Of a stretch of DNA of 41,429 nt, positions 20,278-29,084 are shown piece by piece. Below the pieces are notes generated by a model. That model saw nothing but the letters and a program-made list of their open reading frames with translations, was not told the DNA's origin and ran no database searches. Source of the stretch: Methanoregula sp. (lineage in GTDB: Archaea; Halobacteriota; Methanomicrobia; Methanomicrobiales; Methanospirillaceae); assembly GCA_013331015.1 (NCBI GenBank), contig DUHF01000167.1, positions 1 through 41,429 on the forward strand. Direction: 5' to 3'. A program made the translations under genes and the position numbers. Every line of letters begins with the position of its first letter. Within the stretch, counting starts at the first letter, position 1.

Positions 20278-21174
20278 ATGGAATTATCAGAACTCAGGCA
20301 TGGCACCGAACTCCTCAAACGGGGTTTTGCTGCCATGCAGAAAGGCGGCGTGATCATGGATGTCGTGAATGCCGAACAAGCAAAGATAGCAGAAGAAGCC
20401 GGTGCCGTTGCGGTGATGTCTTTAGAACGCGTGCCGTCTGATATCCGTAAGGCCGGAGGCGTTGCACGCATGGCGGACCCGGAAAAAGTCGTCGAGATCA
20501 TTGACGCGGTCTCCATCCCGGTGATGGGAAAGGTGCGGATCGGTCATTTTGTTGAGGCACAGGTACTGGAGGTACTTGGCGTGGACATGATCGACGAAAG
20601 CGAAGTCCTGACCCCGGCTGATGAGGAGTTCCACATCGAGAAGACAAAATTCACCGTCCCGTTCGTCTGCGGTGCCCGGAATCTCGGCGAAGCGCTCCGA
20701 AGAATCAACGAAGGTGCGGCCATGATCCGGACGAAAGGCGAGGCCGGCACCGGCAACGTGGTCGAGGCAGTGCGCCACATGCGGGCTATCCAGGGGGGTA
20801 TACGGACAATCCGGAAACTCGAATTGCAGGAGATTGTCGCATATGCCCGCGAGATCGAAGCGCCGATCGATCTTCTTGTGGAGACCGCAAAAAGGGGGCG
20901 GTTGCCGGTCGTGAACTTCTCGGCTGGCGGTATTGCGACACCCGCAGATGCAGCCCTTATGATGCAGCTTGGCGCTGACGGGGTATTTGTAGGATCGGGG
21001 ATCTTCAAGTCCGAGAACCCGGCCCGTCGGGCAAAAGCTATTGTCGAAGCCGTGAATCACTATACTGACGCGACAATCATTGCAAACGCGAGCCGGAATC
21101 TCGGTGAAGCTATGCCCGGGCTGGATGTGCATTTGCTGACTAAGGAAGAGACGCTTGCAACACGCGGGCGGTAA
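20278..21174 (+). CDS. pdxS: Pyridoxal 5'-phosphate synthase subunit PdxS
   Basis: [27 protein letters not shown] and [13 protein letters not shown]; ATG 20278 after AAGGAG. Confidence 0.95.
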   Translation: MELSELRHGTELLKRGFAAMQKGGVIMDVVNAEQAKIAEEAGAVAVMSLERVPSDIRKAGGVARMADPEKVVEIIDAVSIPVMGKVRIGHFVEAQVLEVLGVDMIDESEVLTPADEEFHIEKTKFTVPFVCGARNLGEALRRINEGAAMIRTKGEAGTGNVVEAVRHMRAIQGGIRTIRKLELQEIVAYAREIEAPIDLLVETAKRGRLPVVNFSAGGIATPADAALMMQLGADGVFVGSGIFKSENPARRAKAIVEAVNHYTDATIIANASRNLGEAMPGLDVHLLTKEETLATRGR

Positions 21175-21314
21175 TTTTTGGTTGGTGAAGGAATGACTGA
21201 ACAAGAAAAGAGATAAAAAAATGTGAAAGGGAGATCGAATGATCATTCCCCCTTTTATGATGTAAATTCTGAACTAAAAAAAAAGGAGCAGGAGAAAATC
21301 TGCAGGACATTTTT

Positions 21315-21734
21315 TTACAGTTTCCCTGCCCCATGCCCGTGCTCGCCCGGCACCCAGCGCCCACCATCTTTGGTCAGTTCCTTCTTCCAGATTGGGACGC
21401 TCTTCTTGATCTCTTCGATGATATACCGGGATCCTGCATACGCCTCGGGTCGGTGACCGGCACTGACAACGATGATGAGGATGTTATCTCCCACCCGGAG
21501 CCGCCCGATACGGTGGATGATATCGACATGCAGGAGCCGGAACTGCTCCGTTGCTGCTCTTGCGATCTTCTCCATCTCGGCAACCGCAACCTCCGCGTAG
21601 GCTTCGAGTTCCATCTCAGTGATGTCGTCATCCCGGACGATCCCGTCAAAGAGGACGACCGCACCGGTCCCGGGCCTCTTTGCCGCCTCGATGAGGGCGC
21701 CGATATTCACGTCTTCTGCCTGAACCCGGATCAT
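21315..21734 (-). CDS. moaE: MoaE-family protein (molybdopterin synthase large subunit-like)
   Basis: GAVVLFDGIVR, HRIGRL, HRPEA and PIWKKE motifs. Confidence 0.9.
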   Translation of the reverse strand: MIRVQAEDVNIGALIEAAKRPGTGAVVLFDGIVRDDDITEMELEAYAEVAVAEMEKIARAATEQFRLLHVDIIHRIGRLRVGDNILIIVVSAGHRPEAYAGSRYIIEEIKKSVPIWKKELTKDGGRWVPGEHGHGAGKL

Positions 21735-21745
21735 TGTCCTCTTCC

Positions 21746-22024
21746 TCACCCACCAGCAACCGGCGGGAAGACCGCAATCTCGTCGCCATCGGCAACCGTG
21801 ATTGTTCCGGCCTCGGCAGTCTCCACACGCTTCCCATTCCGCATCAGGATCACGAACTCGCGAAACGTTCCCTGTTCATCGAAGATCGCAGCATAGCCGT
21901 CCGTGTTTTTCCGGGCAACCTCTGCAACAAGGGCCGCGAGCAGGGTGCCGTCATGGGGCTCAACAATAATATCCGTCCCGAGTAGCTCACGGAACCGCGC
22001 AAAAAACCGTAATTTTACCGTCAT
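21746..22024 (-). CDS. moaD: MoaD/SAMP ubiquitin-like sulfur carrier
   Basis: LRFFARFRE start and C-terminal DGDEIAVFPPVAGG. Confidence 0.9.
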   Translation of the reverse strand: MTVKLRFFARFRELLGTDIIVEPHDGTLLAALVAEVARKNTDGYAAIFDEQGTFREFVILMRNGKRVETAEAGTITVADGDEIAVFPPVAGG

Positions 22025-22779
22025 CTCATCATCCCTGCTGGCAGTTCTGTACCAGTCCCGCTCCCGCATACCGGGCAGACGGGGTTCTTCTCAATTGCAA
22101 TTTCCTCTGACGTTGCCGCAAGACCGTCCCAGATGAAGAGCCGGCCGACCAGCAGCTCACCCTGTTTTGTGAGATACTTGATAACCTCGGTTGCCTGTAC
22201 CGTCCCGATGACCCCGGGCGTTACCCCAACTACCGGGAAGACCTCCTTTGGGGGAGCCCTGGGGAAGATACACTCAAGACATGGGGTCTTTCCCGGGATG
22301 ATGGTCGTCGCCTGCCCGTAGAATCCCCGGATGGCCCCGTGAAAGAACGGGACCTTCATCTCCAGCGCAACACGGTTGAGCAGGTAGCGGACCGGGTAGT
22401 TGTCCATCGCGTCAACAATTCCGTCAGCCTGTCCCACCAGCCTGCGGATATTGTCAGCGGTGATGGTGGTATCGATCGCGTTGATGATGATATCCGGGTT
22501 ATACTCCTGGAGTTTCGCGATGGCCGAGACCGTCTTCTTCTTCCCGATATCCCGGTCATAATGGAGGATCTGCCGGTTTAAGTTGCTCTGCTCAACGGTA
22601 TCCATATCCACAACCGTGATCGTCCCGACCCCGGCAACCGCGAGATAGATGGCTACGGGCGAGCCAAGGCCGCCGGCCCCGGCTATGAAGATGTGCGAAG
22701 ATTTCAACCGTTCCTGCCCATCGTTTCCGAAAAGCAGGATTTGCCGCTTATAGCGTTCAAGTTCGCGTTCTGATAACAT
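22021..22779 (-). CDS. ThiF/MoeB/UbaA E1-like adenylyltransferase
   Basis: RYKRQI, GAGGLG, SNLNRQ, PCLEC and CPVC motifs. Confidence 0.9.
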   Translation of the reverse strand: MLSERELERYKRQILLFGNDGQERLKSSHIFIAGAGGLGSPVAIYLAVAGVGTITVVDMDTVEQSNLNRQILHYDRDIGKKKTVSAIAKLQEYNPDIIINAIDTTITADNIRRLVGQADGIVDAMDNYPVRYLLNRVALEMKVPFFHGAIRGFYGQATTIIPGKTPCLECIFPRAPPKEVFPVVGVTPGVIGTVQATEVIKYLTKQGELLVGRLFIWDGLAATSEEIAIEKNPVCPVCGSGTGTELPAGMMR

Positions 22780-22941
22780 TCCTCACCTTGGGTTCAACAG
22801 GAAAACCGGATCACTGGCAAAACCCGGCATACCGGGATGCGGATCGTGTTGTTCCATTCTCACCTTTGCCGGGTACGGATAAATGGGATCATATTTCGGC
22901 AATTTTTTCCTCATTGCTGACGGCCCGGGCACGGTACCACG

Positions 22942-23373
22942 TTAATGTTCGCAGGCCGAATCCTCATGTTCATGGGAGTGCGGGTTCTTCTCCTCCCATT
23001 CGGGGAGTCCCTGTTTCTTCCGGTAATCATTGATTGCCTTGTGGATTCCTTCCTCGGCAAGCACCGAGCAGTGCATCTTGATCGGGGGAAGTCCTTCGAG
23101 CGCTTCGGCCACCGCCTTGTTGGAGATCTCCCAGGCATCCTCCAGCGTTTTGCCCCGTACCAGTTCCGTTGCCATGCTGCTCGACGCGATGGCAGCGCCG
23201 CAGCCGAACGTCTTGAACTTCGCGTCGGTAATCACGTTGTCATTAACCGAAATGAAGATCTTCATGATGTCGCCGCAGACCGGGTTGCCGACTTCGCCAA
23301 CCCCGTCAGGATTCTCTATCTCCCCCACGTTACGGGGATTTTTGAAATGGTCCATGACCTTGTCGCTATACAT
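22942..23373 (-). CDS. iscU: Fe-S scaffold protein IscU/NifU
   Basis: MYSDKVMDHFKNPRN, GNPVCGD, FGCGAAIASSS and KMHCS motifs. Confidence 0.95.
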   Translation of the reverse strand: MYSDKVMDHFKNPRNVGEIENPDGVGEVGNPVCGDIMKIFISVNDNVITDAKFKTFGCGAAIASSSMATELVRGKTLEDAWEISNKAVAEALEGLPPIKMHCSVLAEEGIHKAINDYRKKQGLPEWEEKNPHSHEHEDSACEH

Positions 23374-24559
23374 TGCTATTTTCCTCCTTCCCGCCCTTGT
23401 ACAGGGGGGACATCTCGCGAAGACGGGATACCACCTTCGGCAGGACCTCCAGTACGAAGTCCACGTCCGCTTCCGTGTTTGCATCACCCAGTGTCAGCCG
23501 GAGGGAGCCATGCGCAATTTCGTGCGGAAGGCCGATTGCCAGCAGGACGTGCGAGGGTTCGAGCGATCCCGAAGTACAGGCACTGCCGGTCGATGCACAG
23601 ATCCCCTCATCATCGAGCCAGAGAAGCATGGATTCACCCTCGATGAATTCGAAACTGATGTTGATGTTGCCCGGCAGCCGTTTCTCCGGGTGCCCGTTAA
23701 GACGGGCATGGGGGATTGTTACCAGGATCCCGTTCAGGAGCCGGTCCCGGAGAGTCCGGATATGCGTATTGTGCCATTCAATATCCGCCGTTGCGAGTTC
23801 GATTGCTTTCCCCATCCCGACGATCGCGGCAATATTCTCGGTGCCTGCCCGGCGCCGGTTTTCCTGGCCCCCGCCGTGGATCAGGTTGTCAATCTTTACG
23901 CCCTTACGGATGTAGAGCGCCCCGCAGCCCTTTGGCCCGTAGAACTTGTGGGCAGAGAGCGAGAGCAGGTCGATGTTCTGCGTCCGCACATCGATGGGCA
24001 CATTGCCGATTGCCTGCACGGCATCGGTGTGGAAGGGAATCTTATGCTTCCGGGCAATTGCGCCAAGTTCCGCAACGGGTTCGATGGTACCGATCTCATT
24101 GTTGGCGTACATAATCGAGATTAGGATCGTCGTGTCCGTGATCGCACGTTCAAGGTCTGCTGGATCGATAAGCCCATATTGATCGACAGGGATGTACGTG
24201 ACCGCGAACCCCTCTCTCTCAAGATACTGGCACGTATGGAGAATGGCATGATGCTCGATTGCTGATGTTATGATATGGTTTCCCTTTTTCCGGTTGGCAA
24301 AGGCAATACCTTTGATCGCCCAGTTGTCGGACTCACTTCCTCCCGATGTAAAATAGATCTCGCCGGGTTCTGCACCGAGAGCCTTTGCAACCTGTGCCCG
24401 GGCGGTCTCGATTGCGTTCCTTGATTCACGGGCGATGCGGTAAATCGATGACGGGTTGCCAAAATGATTATTCAAGTAGGGCCACATGGCATCCGCGACG
24501 GAAGGTTTCACCGGCGTGGTTGCAGCATGATCCAGGTAAATGGTGCGTCTCTCTCCCAT
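23366..24559 (-). CDS. iscS: Cysteine desulfurase IscS/NifS
   Basis: YLDHAATT, GNPSS, SAHKFYGPKG, RAGTEN and STGSACTS motifs. Confidence 0.95.
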   Translation of the reverse strand: MGERRTIYLDHAATTPVKPSVADAMWPYLNNHFGNPSSIYRIARESRNAIETARAQVAKALGAEPGEIYFTSGGSESDNWAIKGIAFANRKKGNHIITSAIEHHAILHTCQYLEREGFAVTYIPVDQYGLIDPADLERAITDTTILISIMYANNEIGTIEPVAELGAIARKHKIPFHTDAVQAIGNVPIDVRTQNIDLLSLSAHKFYGPKGCGALYIRKGVKIDNLIHGGGQENRRRAGTENIAAIVGMGKAIELATADIEWHNTHIRTLRDRLLNGILVTIPHARLNGHPEKRLPGNINISFEFIEGESMLLWLDDEGICASTGSACTSGSLEPSHVLLAIGLPHEIAHGSLRLTLGDANTEADVDFVLEVLPKVVSRLREMSPLYKGGKEENSNV

Positions 24560-24624
24560 GACTCCTCCCACAACAATTCCGGATAAGCGGGATGTTACGG
24601 TATATTTTTGTAGTTCCGAAACGT

Positions 24625-24640
24625 ATTCACAATTGTGAAT
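24625..24640. promoter_or_regulatory. Perfect palindromic operator ATTCACAATTGTGAAT
   Basis: 16-bp perfect palindrome between divergent iscS and an HTH regulator. Confidence 0.75.
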
Positions 24641-24686
24641 GCAATGTATATTGTCACCATTGACAAAATAAAAAGGTTGTGATGTG

Positions 24687-25016
24687 ATGGAATCCCCTTG
24701 TCAGAGAATTGTCTGGGATGTGTTGCCCGCTATCCGGGCGGCGATTGCCGTTGAACTGGTGAAATGTGGTGTGGCACAGGTTGAAGCGGCGCGGATGCTC
24801 GAGATTGCTCCGTCCGCCGTGTCCCAGTACCTGTCCGGCAAACGTGGGTACCGCATCGAATTCGAGAACGATGTGAAACGGTCGATAGAACTTCTTGCGG
24901 AAGATCTGAAGGACGGGAAAAAGGTCAATCTTGTTAAGCGCACCTGCGAGATCTGCCGGCAACTGCGTGATGGCGACGAACAGTGCGGCGGCCCGTCCGG
25001 TACAACATCGGAATGA
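24687..25016 (+). CDS. Archaeal HTH transcriptional regulator with conserved cysteines
   Basis: PCQ..VW.VLPAIR, QVEAARMLEIAPSAVSQYLSGKRG HTH and CEIC motifs. Confidence 0.8.
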   Translation: MESPCQRIVWDVLPAIRAAIAVELVKCGVAQVEAARMLEIAPSAVSQYLSGKRGYRIEFENDVKRSIELLAEDLKDGKKVNLVKRTCEICRQLRDGDEQCGGPSGTTSE

Positions 25017-25067
25017 TGCGGTACATAACAAAATAATCTGCCCTTTTTACCACGTATCCGGTGTTTC

Positions 25068-25868
25068 ATGGACATAATCGGGAAGCAAAGACTGCTTATA
25101 CAGAATATCAGGGAGCGGGGATCGATGCTTGTAGCGTTCTCCGGTGGCGTGGACAGCACGCTCCTTGGAGTACTGGCAAAAGAGGTTCTTGGTGACAGAA
25201 GCCGGTGCGTCCTGCTCGACAGCCCGGTCGTGCCGCGTGCAGCGGTGGAACAGGCCCGGAAGATTGCCGGGGATTATCATCTCGGGCTCGATATCATATC
25301 CGTCCCGCAGATGGACCATGAAGAGTTCCGGAAAAACTCTTCCGATCGCTGTTACTATTGTAAAAAAATCTCGGCACAATCCCTGAAACACCGGGCAGGC
25401 GAACTGGGGTTTACGAGCATCGCAGACGGCATCAATGTCTCGGACACCCATGAACACCGGCCCGGGCTTGTTGCATCGAACGAGGAAGGGATTTGCCATC
25501 CGTTCATTGAAGCCGGAATCACCAAGCAGGATATACGGGAGATTGCCCGGGTATCCGGGCTTCCCGTTTGGCAGAAACCTTCTGCTGCCTGCCTCTCTTC
25601 CCGCATCCCGTATGGCGACGCGATCACCCCGGAAAAACTGAAGATGATTGAGGAGGCCGAAGCGTTCCTTTCAGCTCAGGGTTTTTCCCAGCTCCGGGTC
25701 CGGCTGCACGGTTCCGTTGCCCGGATTGAAGTACTGCAAGAGGATTTACCGGAAATTCTCTCAATACGGAATGATGTTGTAAATGCCCTTAGGTCGATCG
25801 GGTTTGCCTATGTCACACTCGACCTTGAAGGATACCGGAGCGGGAGTATGGACGAGGTACTAAAATGA
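25068..25868 (+). CDS. larE: LarE-family ATP-dependent sulfur transferase
   Basis: AFSGGVDS, RCYYCK, RPG, ACLSSRIPYG, RVRLHG and DLEGYRSGSM motifs. Confidence 0.9.
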   Translation: MDIIGKQRLLIQNIRERGSMLVAFSGGVDSTLLGVLAKEVLGDRSRCVLLDSPVVPRAAVEQARKIAGDYHLGLDIISVPQMDHEEFRKNSSDRCYYCKKISAQSLKHRAGELGFTSIADGINVSDTHEHRPGLVASNEEGICHPFIEAGITKQDIREIARVSGLPVWQKPSAACLSSRIPYGDAITPEKLKMIEEAEAFLSAQGFSQLRVRLHGSVARIEVLQEDLPEILSIRNDVVNALRSIGFAYVTLDLEGYRSGSMDEVLK

Positions 25869-25982
25869 TCGCCTGTTTCACCGCGATGCAGTGCCTGGAT
25901 AGTCGAATAATTTCTCATCCTCCACCATTTTTACATGGATTGCAGAGATATATCAGAAACCCCAACCAGGAGAAAGTAAACA

Positions 25983-27209
25983 ATGCATACCCTTATTGAA
26001 CAGGCACGGCTCGGGAAGATTCCCCGGCAGGTGGTATCAGTAGCCGCGGCAGAAGGAATTGATGCGGAACTCTTGTGCGAGAGAGTTGCAAAAGGAAGCG
26101 CGGTCATTATGCAGCGTGGCAACCGTTTTACCGGTATCGGGAAAGGACTCTCTACAAAAGTCAATGTCAATCTCGGCACATCAACCAGTAAAGTTTGCGT
26201 AGAGGATGAGATCGCAAAAGCTCATATTGCCGAACAATATGGAGCGGATACCATAAGTGATCTCTCCATGGGCGGGGACATCAGCGCAATCAGGGCTGCA
26301 ATAATGGCCAGTACAACGCTTCCGATAACCACTGTACCGGTATACCAGACGGTTGTGGAAAACGGCTTAAAAGAGATGACTGCCGAAGACATCATGGCAA
26401 CCCTTACGATGCAGGCAGAGCAGGGTATCAGTTCGTGCGTGATTCATTGCGTGAGCCATACCATGCTGCAGGAATTCCGGAGGAAAAAACGGATCCTCGG
26501 TGTTGTTTCAAAAGGTGGTTCGATCACCAGTGCCTTCATGCTGATACACCAGTGCGAAAACCCCTTCATCGAACACTTTGATGAGGTTCTCACTCTCTGC
26601 AAAAAATACGATATCATACTTTCACTGGGGAATACTGCGCGAAGCGGGTGTATCCATGACCAGCGCGATAAAGCACAAATTGAAGAGATACGACAGAATG
26701 TCGCGCTCGCACATCGCGCCCATGAAAATGGGGTTCAGGTAATTATCGAAGGGACGGGAGGGCATATACGGAGCGATCGGATCGCTCCGTACGTCCGGTA
26801 TCAGAAACGGCAGTCACCGTTTCCCCTGTTTGTTGCCGGGCCTCTGCCGGTTGATATTGCCGTAGGGTATGACCACATCGCTGGCTGTGCAGGTGCAAGT
26901 ATTGCGAGTGCGGCAGGAGCTGATTATCTCTGTTATATCACGCCCGCCGAACATCTTGGGCTCCCCGGTCCTGAATCGGTCAAGGAAGGTCTCATCGCCT
27001 TCCGGATTGCTGCACATATTGGTGATACGGTAAAATACAAAAATGTGGGAAACGACAAAAAGGTCGCACTGATGCGTGCGGCTCTCGATCGGGAAGGTCA
27101 GATATGTTGTGCGCTTGATCCTGCACGAGCACGGGAACTCGCGGATGGCGAAACTGAGTGCACGATGTGCGGTGAGTTTTGCGCGATTAAGATTATGCGG
27201 GAATTTTAA
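25983..27209 (+). CDS. thiC: Phosphomethylpyrimidine synthase ThiC family (divergent; BzaA/B-like function not excluded)
   Basis: KVNVNLGTS, GADTISDLS, VSKGGS, GYDHI, CYITPAEHL and CTMCGEFC motifs. Confidence 0.8.
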   Translation: MHTLIEQARLGKIPRQVVSVAAAEGIDAELLCERVAKGSAVIMQRGNRFTGIGKGLSTKVNVNLGTSTSKVCVEDEIAKAHIAEQYGADTISDLSMGGDISAIRAAIMASTTLPITTVPVYQTVVENGLKEMTAEDIMATLTMQAEQGISSCVIHCVSHTMLQEFRRKKRILGVVSKGGSITSAFMLIHQCENPFIEHFDEVLTLCKKYDIILSLGNTARSGCIHDQRDKAQIEEIRQNVALAHRAHENGVQVIIEGTGGHIRSDRIAPYVRYQKRQSPFPLFVAGPLPVDIAVGYDHIAGCAGASIASAAGADYLCYITPAEHLGLPGPESVKEGLIAFRIAAHIGDTVKYKNVGNDKKVALMRAALDREGQICCALDPARARELADGETECTMCGEFCAIKIMREF

Positions 27210-27353
27210 GGTTATTCCTTCTGACCCTCCTCAGTAAATCCGGAAAAACGTGGGAGGGGAAAAAATCCCCCATTCTTCCGGGGTAAATTATTCTTGTCTG
27301 TTTTTTACTGCATTGCCTTTGGATGTATGGAATGCCTGATACTGGATATAAGA

Positions 27354-28029
27354 GAAAATACGACCAATTAGGGCTCCTTTTCCTTCCCGGGTATGCAGGT
27401 CAATACCGGAAAACCCCGATAAATCCTTGTTTTCAGTTCCTGTGGAAAATAAACCCATATAACGCTCTGTTTGTCAAAATAAGGCTGAAAAACCCCTCTC
27501 CTAAAGCCTGTCAAGGGCCATTAAATCGAGGCAATTTTTTCCACTTAGTTTACCCCATACGGACCCCTTAAACCCTGCCGGAATGCGAATATGAGGGGCG
27601 TTTTTTCCGGGGATGTCTGAAAAACAGAGTTTTAGCCTGGAATATGAGGAGCCGGTCGCGGAGCGGGAGCGAACACGGCGAAGCTGTGCGAAGCGTGCGA
27701 CGCGGGCGGCGATCAACACCGGGACCCGTTCAAAAGAAATTGAGTTTTTTTCTTGAGGATGTTACGCTCAATGGGGCTCCGCCCCTCGCCGCGTGGGCTC
27801 CCCCAACGAGATCTTGTTTTGCTGACATGAAGATCGGTCGAGACTGTTCGTCTCCGCTGCACTACGGCTCGCTCCGCTCTCCTCCATTCCGCTTCGCTCA
27901 CAGACTCTCCCTTGCTTTTCCGGAGTTGTCCGGTTGATACGATGACGCCCCTGGCTCATCGCTCCGCTCCATCGCCAGCGGCTGCTCTCGCCCGCTCCTC
28001 ACATATCGCTTCGCGGAATGTTCGTCGCT
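27354..28029 (+). repeat. Long non-coding repeat R1, copy 2
   Basis: Aligns with copies 1 and 3; more diverged at its 5' end. Confidence 0.85.
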
Positions 28030-28568
28030 GTTGATCGTACTCATGTCGAACGCTCATTGACACCTTCACCCCGACCTCGCGCTGATGCACTCGCCCGGTG
28101 CGAACGTGGGCTGCTGCGGCCTGACAGCCACCCCTCTTATTCTATCGAAAATCGCGTGTTCGATACCTGGCAATTCGAGTACTCATTGTTTCACGCTATC
28201 CACACAATAATTGCTGATAAATAGATGTATGGGTGCGCAGTGTGAAAGTGATTTACATGCGCCGTTTACGATTTGAAGCCCGTATAACCCCTAAAACCAA
28301 AACCTTAAATTTCAAATAAACCCATCTTAACAAATCGGGTCCAGGGGCTTACCAGAAATCCTGCAATTTTAGGACGTTTTCCCCCGTAAAACCCGGTCAG
28401 AAGGAGTTCTGTATGAAAAAATCTGAAACCATAGGAAAAGATCACGCACTCACTCGCCAGGTGAAACCGTGAAGGATAAAGAAGGAAAAGCAGGGGCCAC
28501 CGTCGCTAAACAAATCGCCCCTGCAACCACCCACCGAATACCAAGTAAAACAGTAGGGGCTGACTCAA

Positions 28569-28751
28569 ATGTTGTACGGGAAGATTAATGATTCTTGTTC
28601 TAACTACACTCCCCTTCGGGTAACGCGCGAAGATATTGCAGCGTTTGAAACCCAGACGGGATTTTTCGGTCTCGGCCAGCGAATGGTCCGGGCCGGTATC
28701 TGGACTATTGTTAACGAAGGGGAAGGATATGCCATCAAAGCCCGGGCCTGA
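28569..28751 (+). CDS. Small hypothetical protein
   Basis: 60-aa ORF at the head of the apparent replication operon, overlapping the next ORF. Confidence 0.45.
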   Translation: MLYGKINDSCSNYTPLRVTREDIAAFETQTGFFGLGQRMVRAGIWTIVNEGEGYAIKARA

Positions 28752-29034
28752 AACCAGTACCGGTGCTGATGCTCCGCGAGCTGTCGTGGAGCCCGGTGAA
28801 ACGGATTCTCCTGAAATCGCATCGGAGCAGATCGAAGGCATCCCGCTCTATCTTATCCCGCGAACTATCGCGGACCAGATCCAAGAGAAGCGTGAAGCGG
28901 TTGCCAGTATTGATGTGCGGCAGGGTGTCGGACATTTCTACACGATCACGATAATGACATCAGGGCCCCGTGTGCTCCGGCGCAAGCGTAGAAAAGAGAA
29001 GGCAGCAAAGACCGGAGGAGAGACCGGTGAATAA
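28729..29034 (+). CDS. Hypothetical protein with basic C-terminus
   Basis: ATG 28729 after GGGGAAGG; directly upstream of the primase-helicase. Confidence 0.5.
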   Translation: MPSKPGPETSTGADAPRAVVEPGETDSPEIASEQIEGIPLYLIPRTIADQIQEKREAVASIDVRQGVGHFYTITIMTSGPRVLRRKRRKEKAAKTGGETGE

Positions 29035-29084
29035 CCACTCCTTCTTCCGGACAACCAGCAGCGGCCAGAGCCCAAAGGTGAACT

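Noticed and set aside
23030-24124. Long antisense ORFs (also 2403-3458, 19205-20221, 20422-21246)
   Set aside because: Shadows of well-supported genes on the opposite strand in GC-rich DNA.
25869-25982. TPP riboswitch upstream of thiC
   Set aside because: No CTGAGA or ACCTGA...GGGA core is visible in the short intergenic region.
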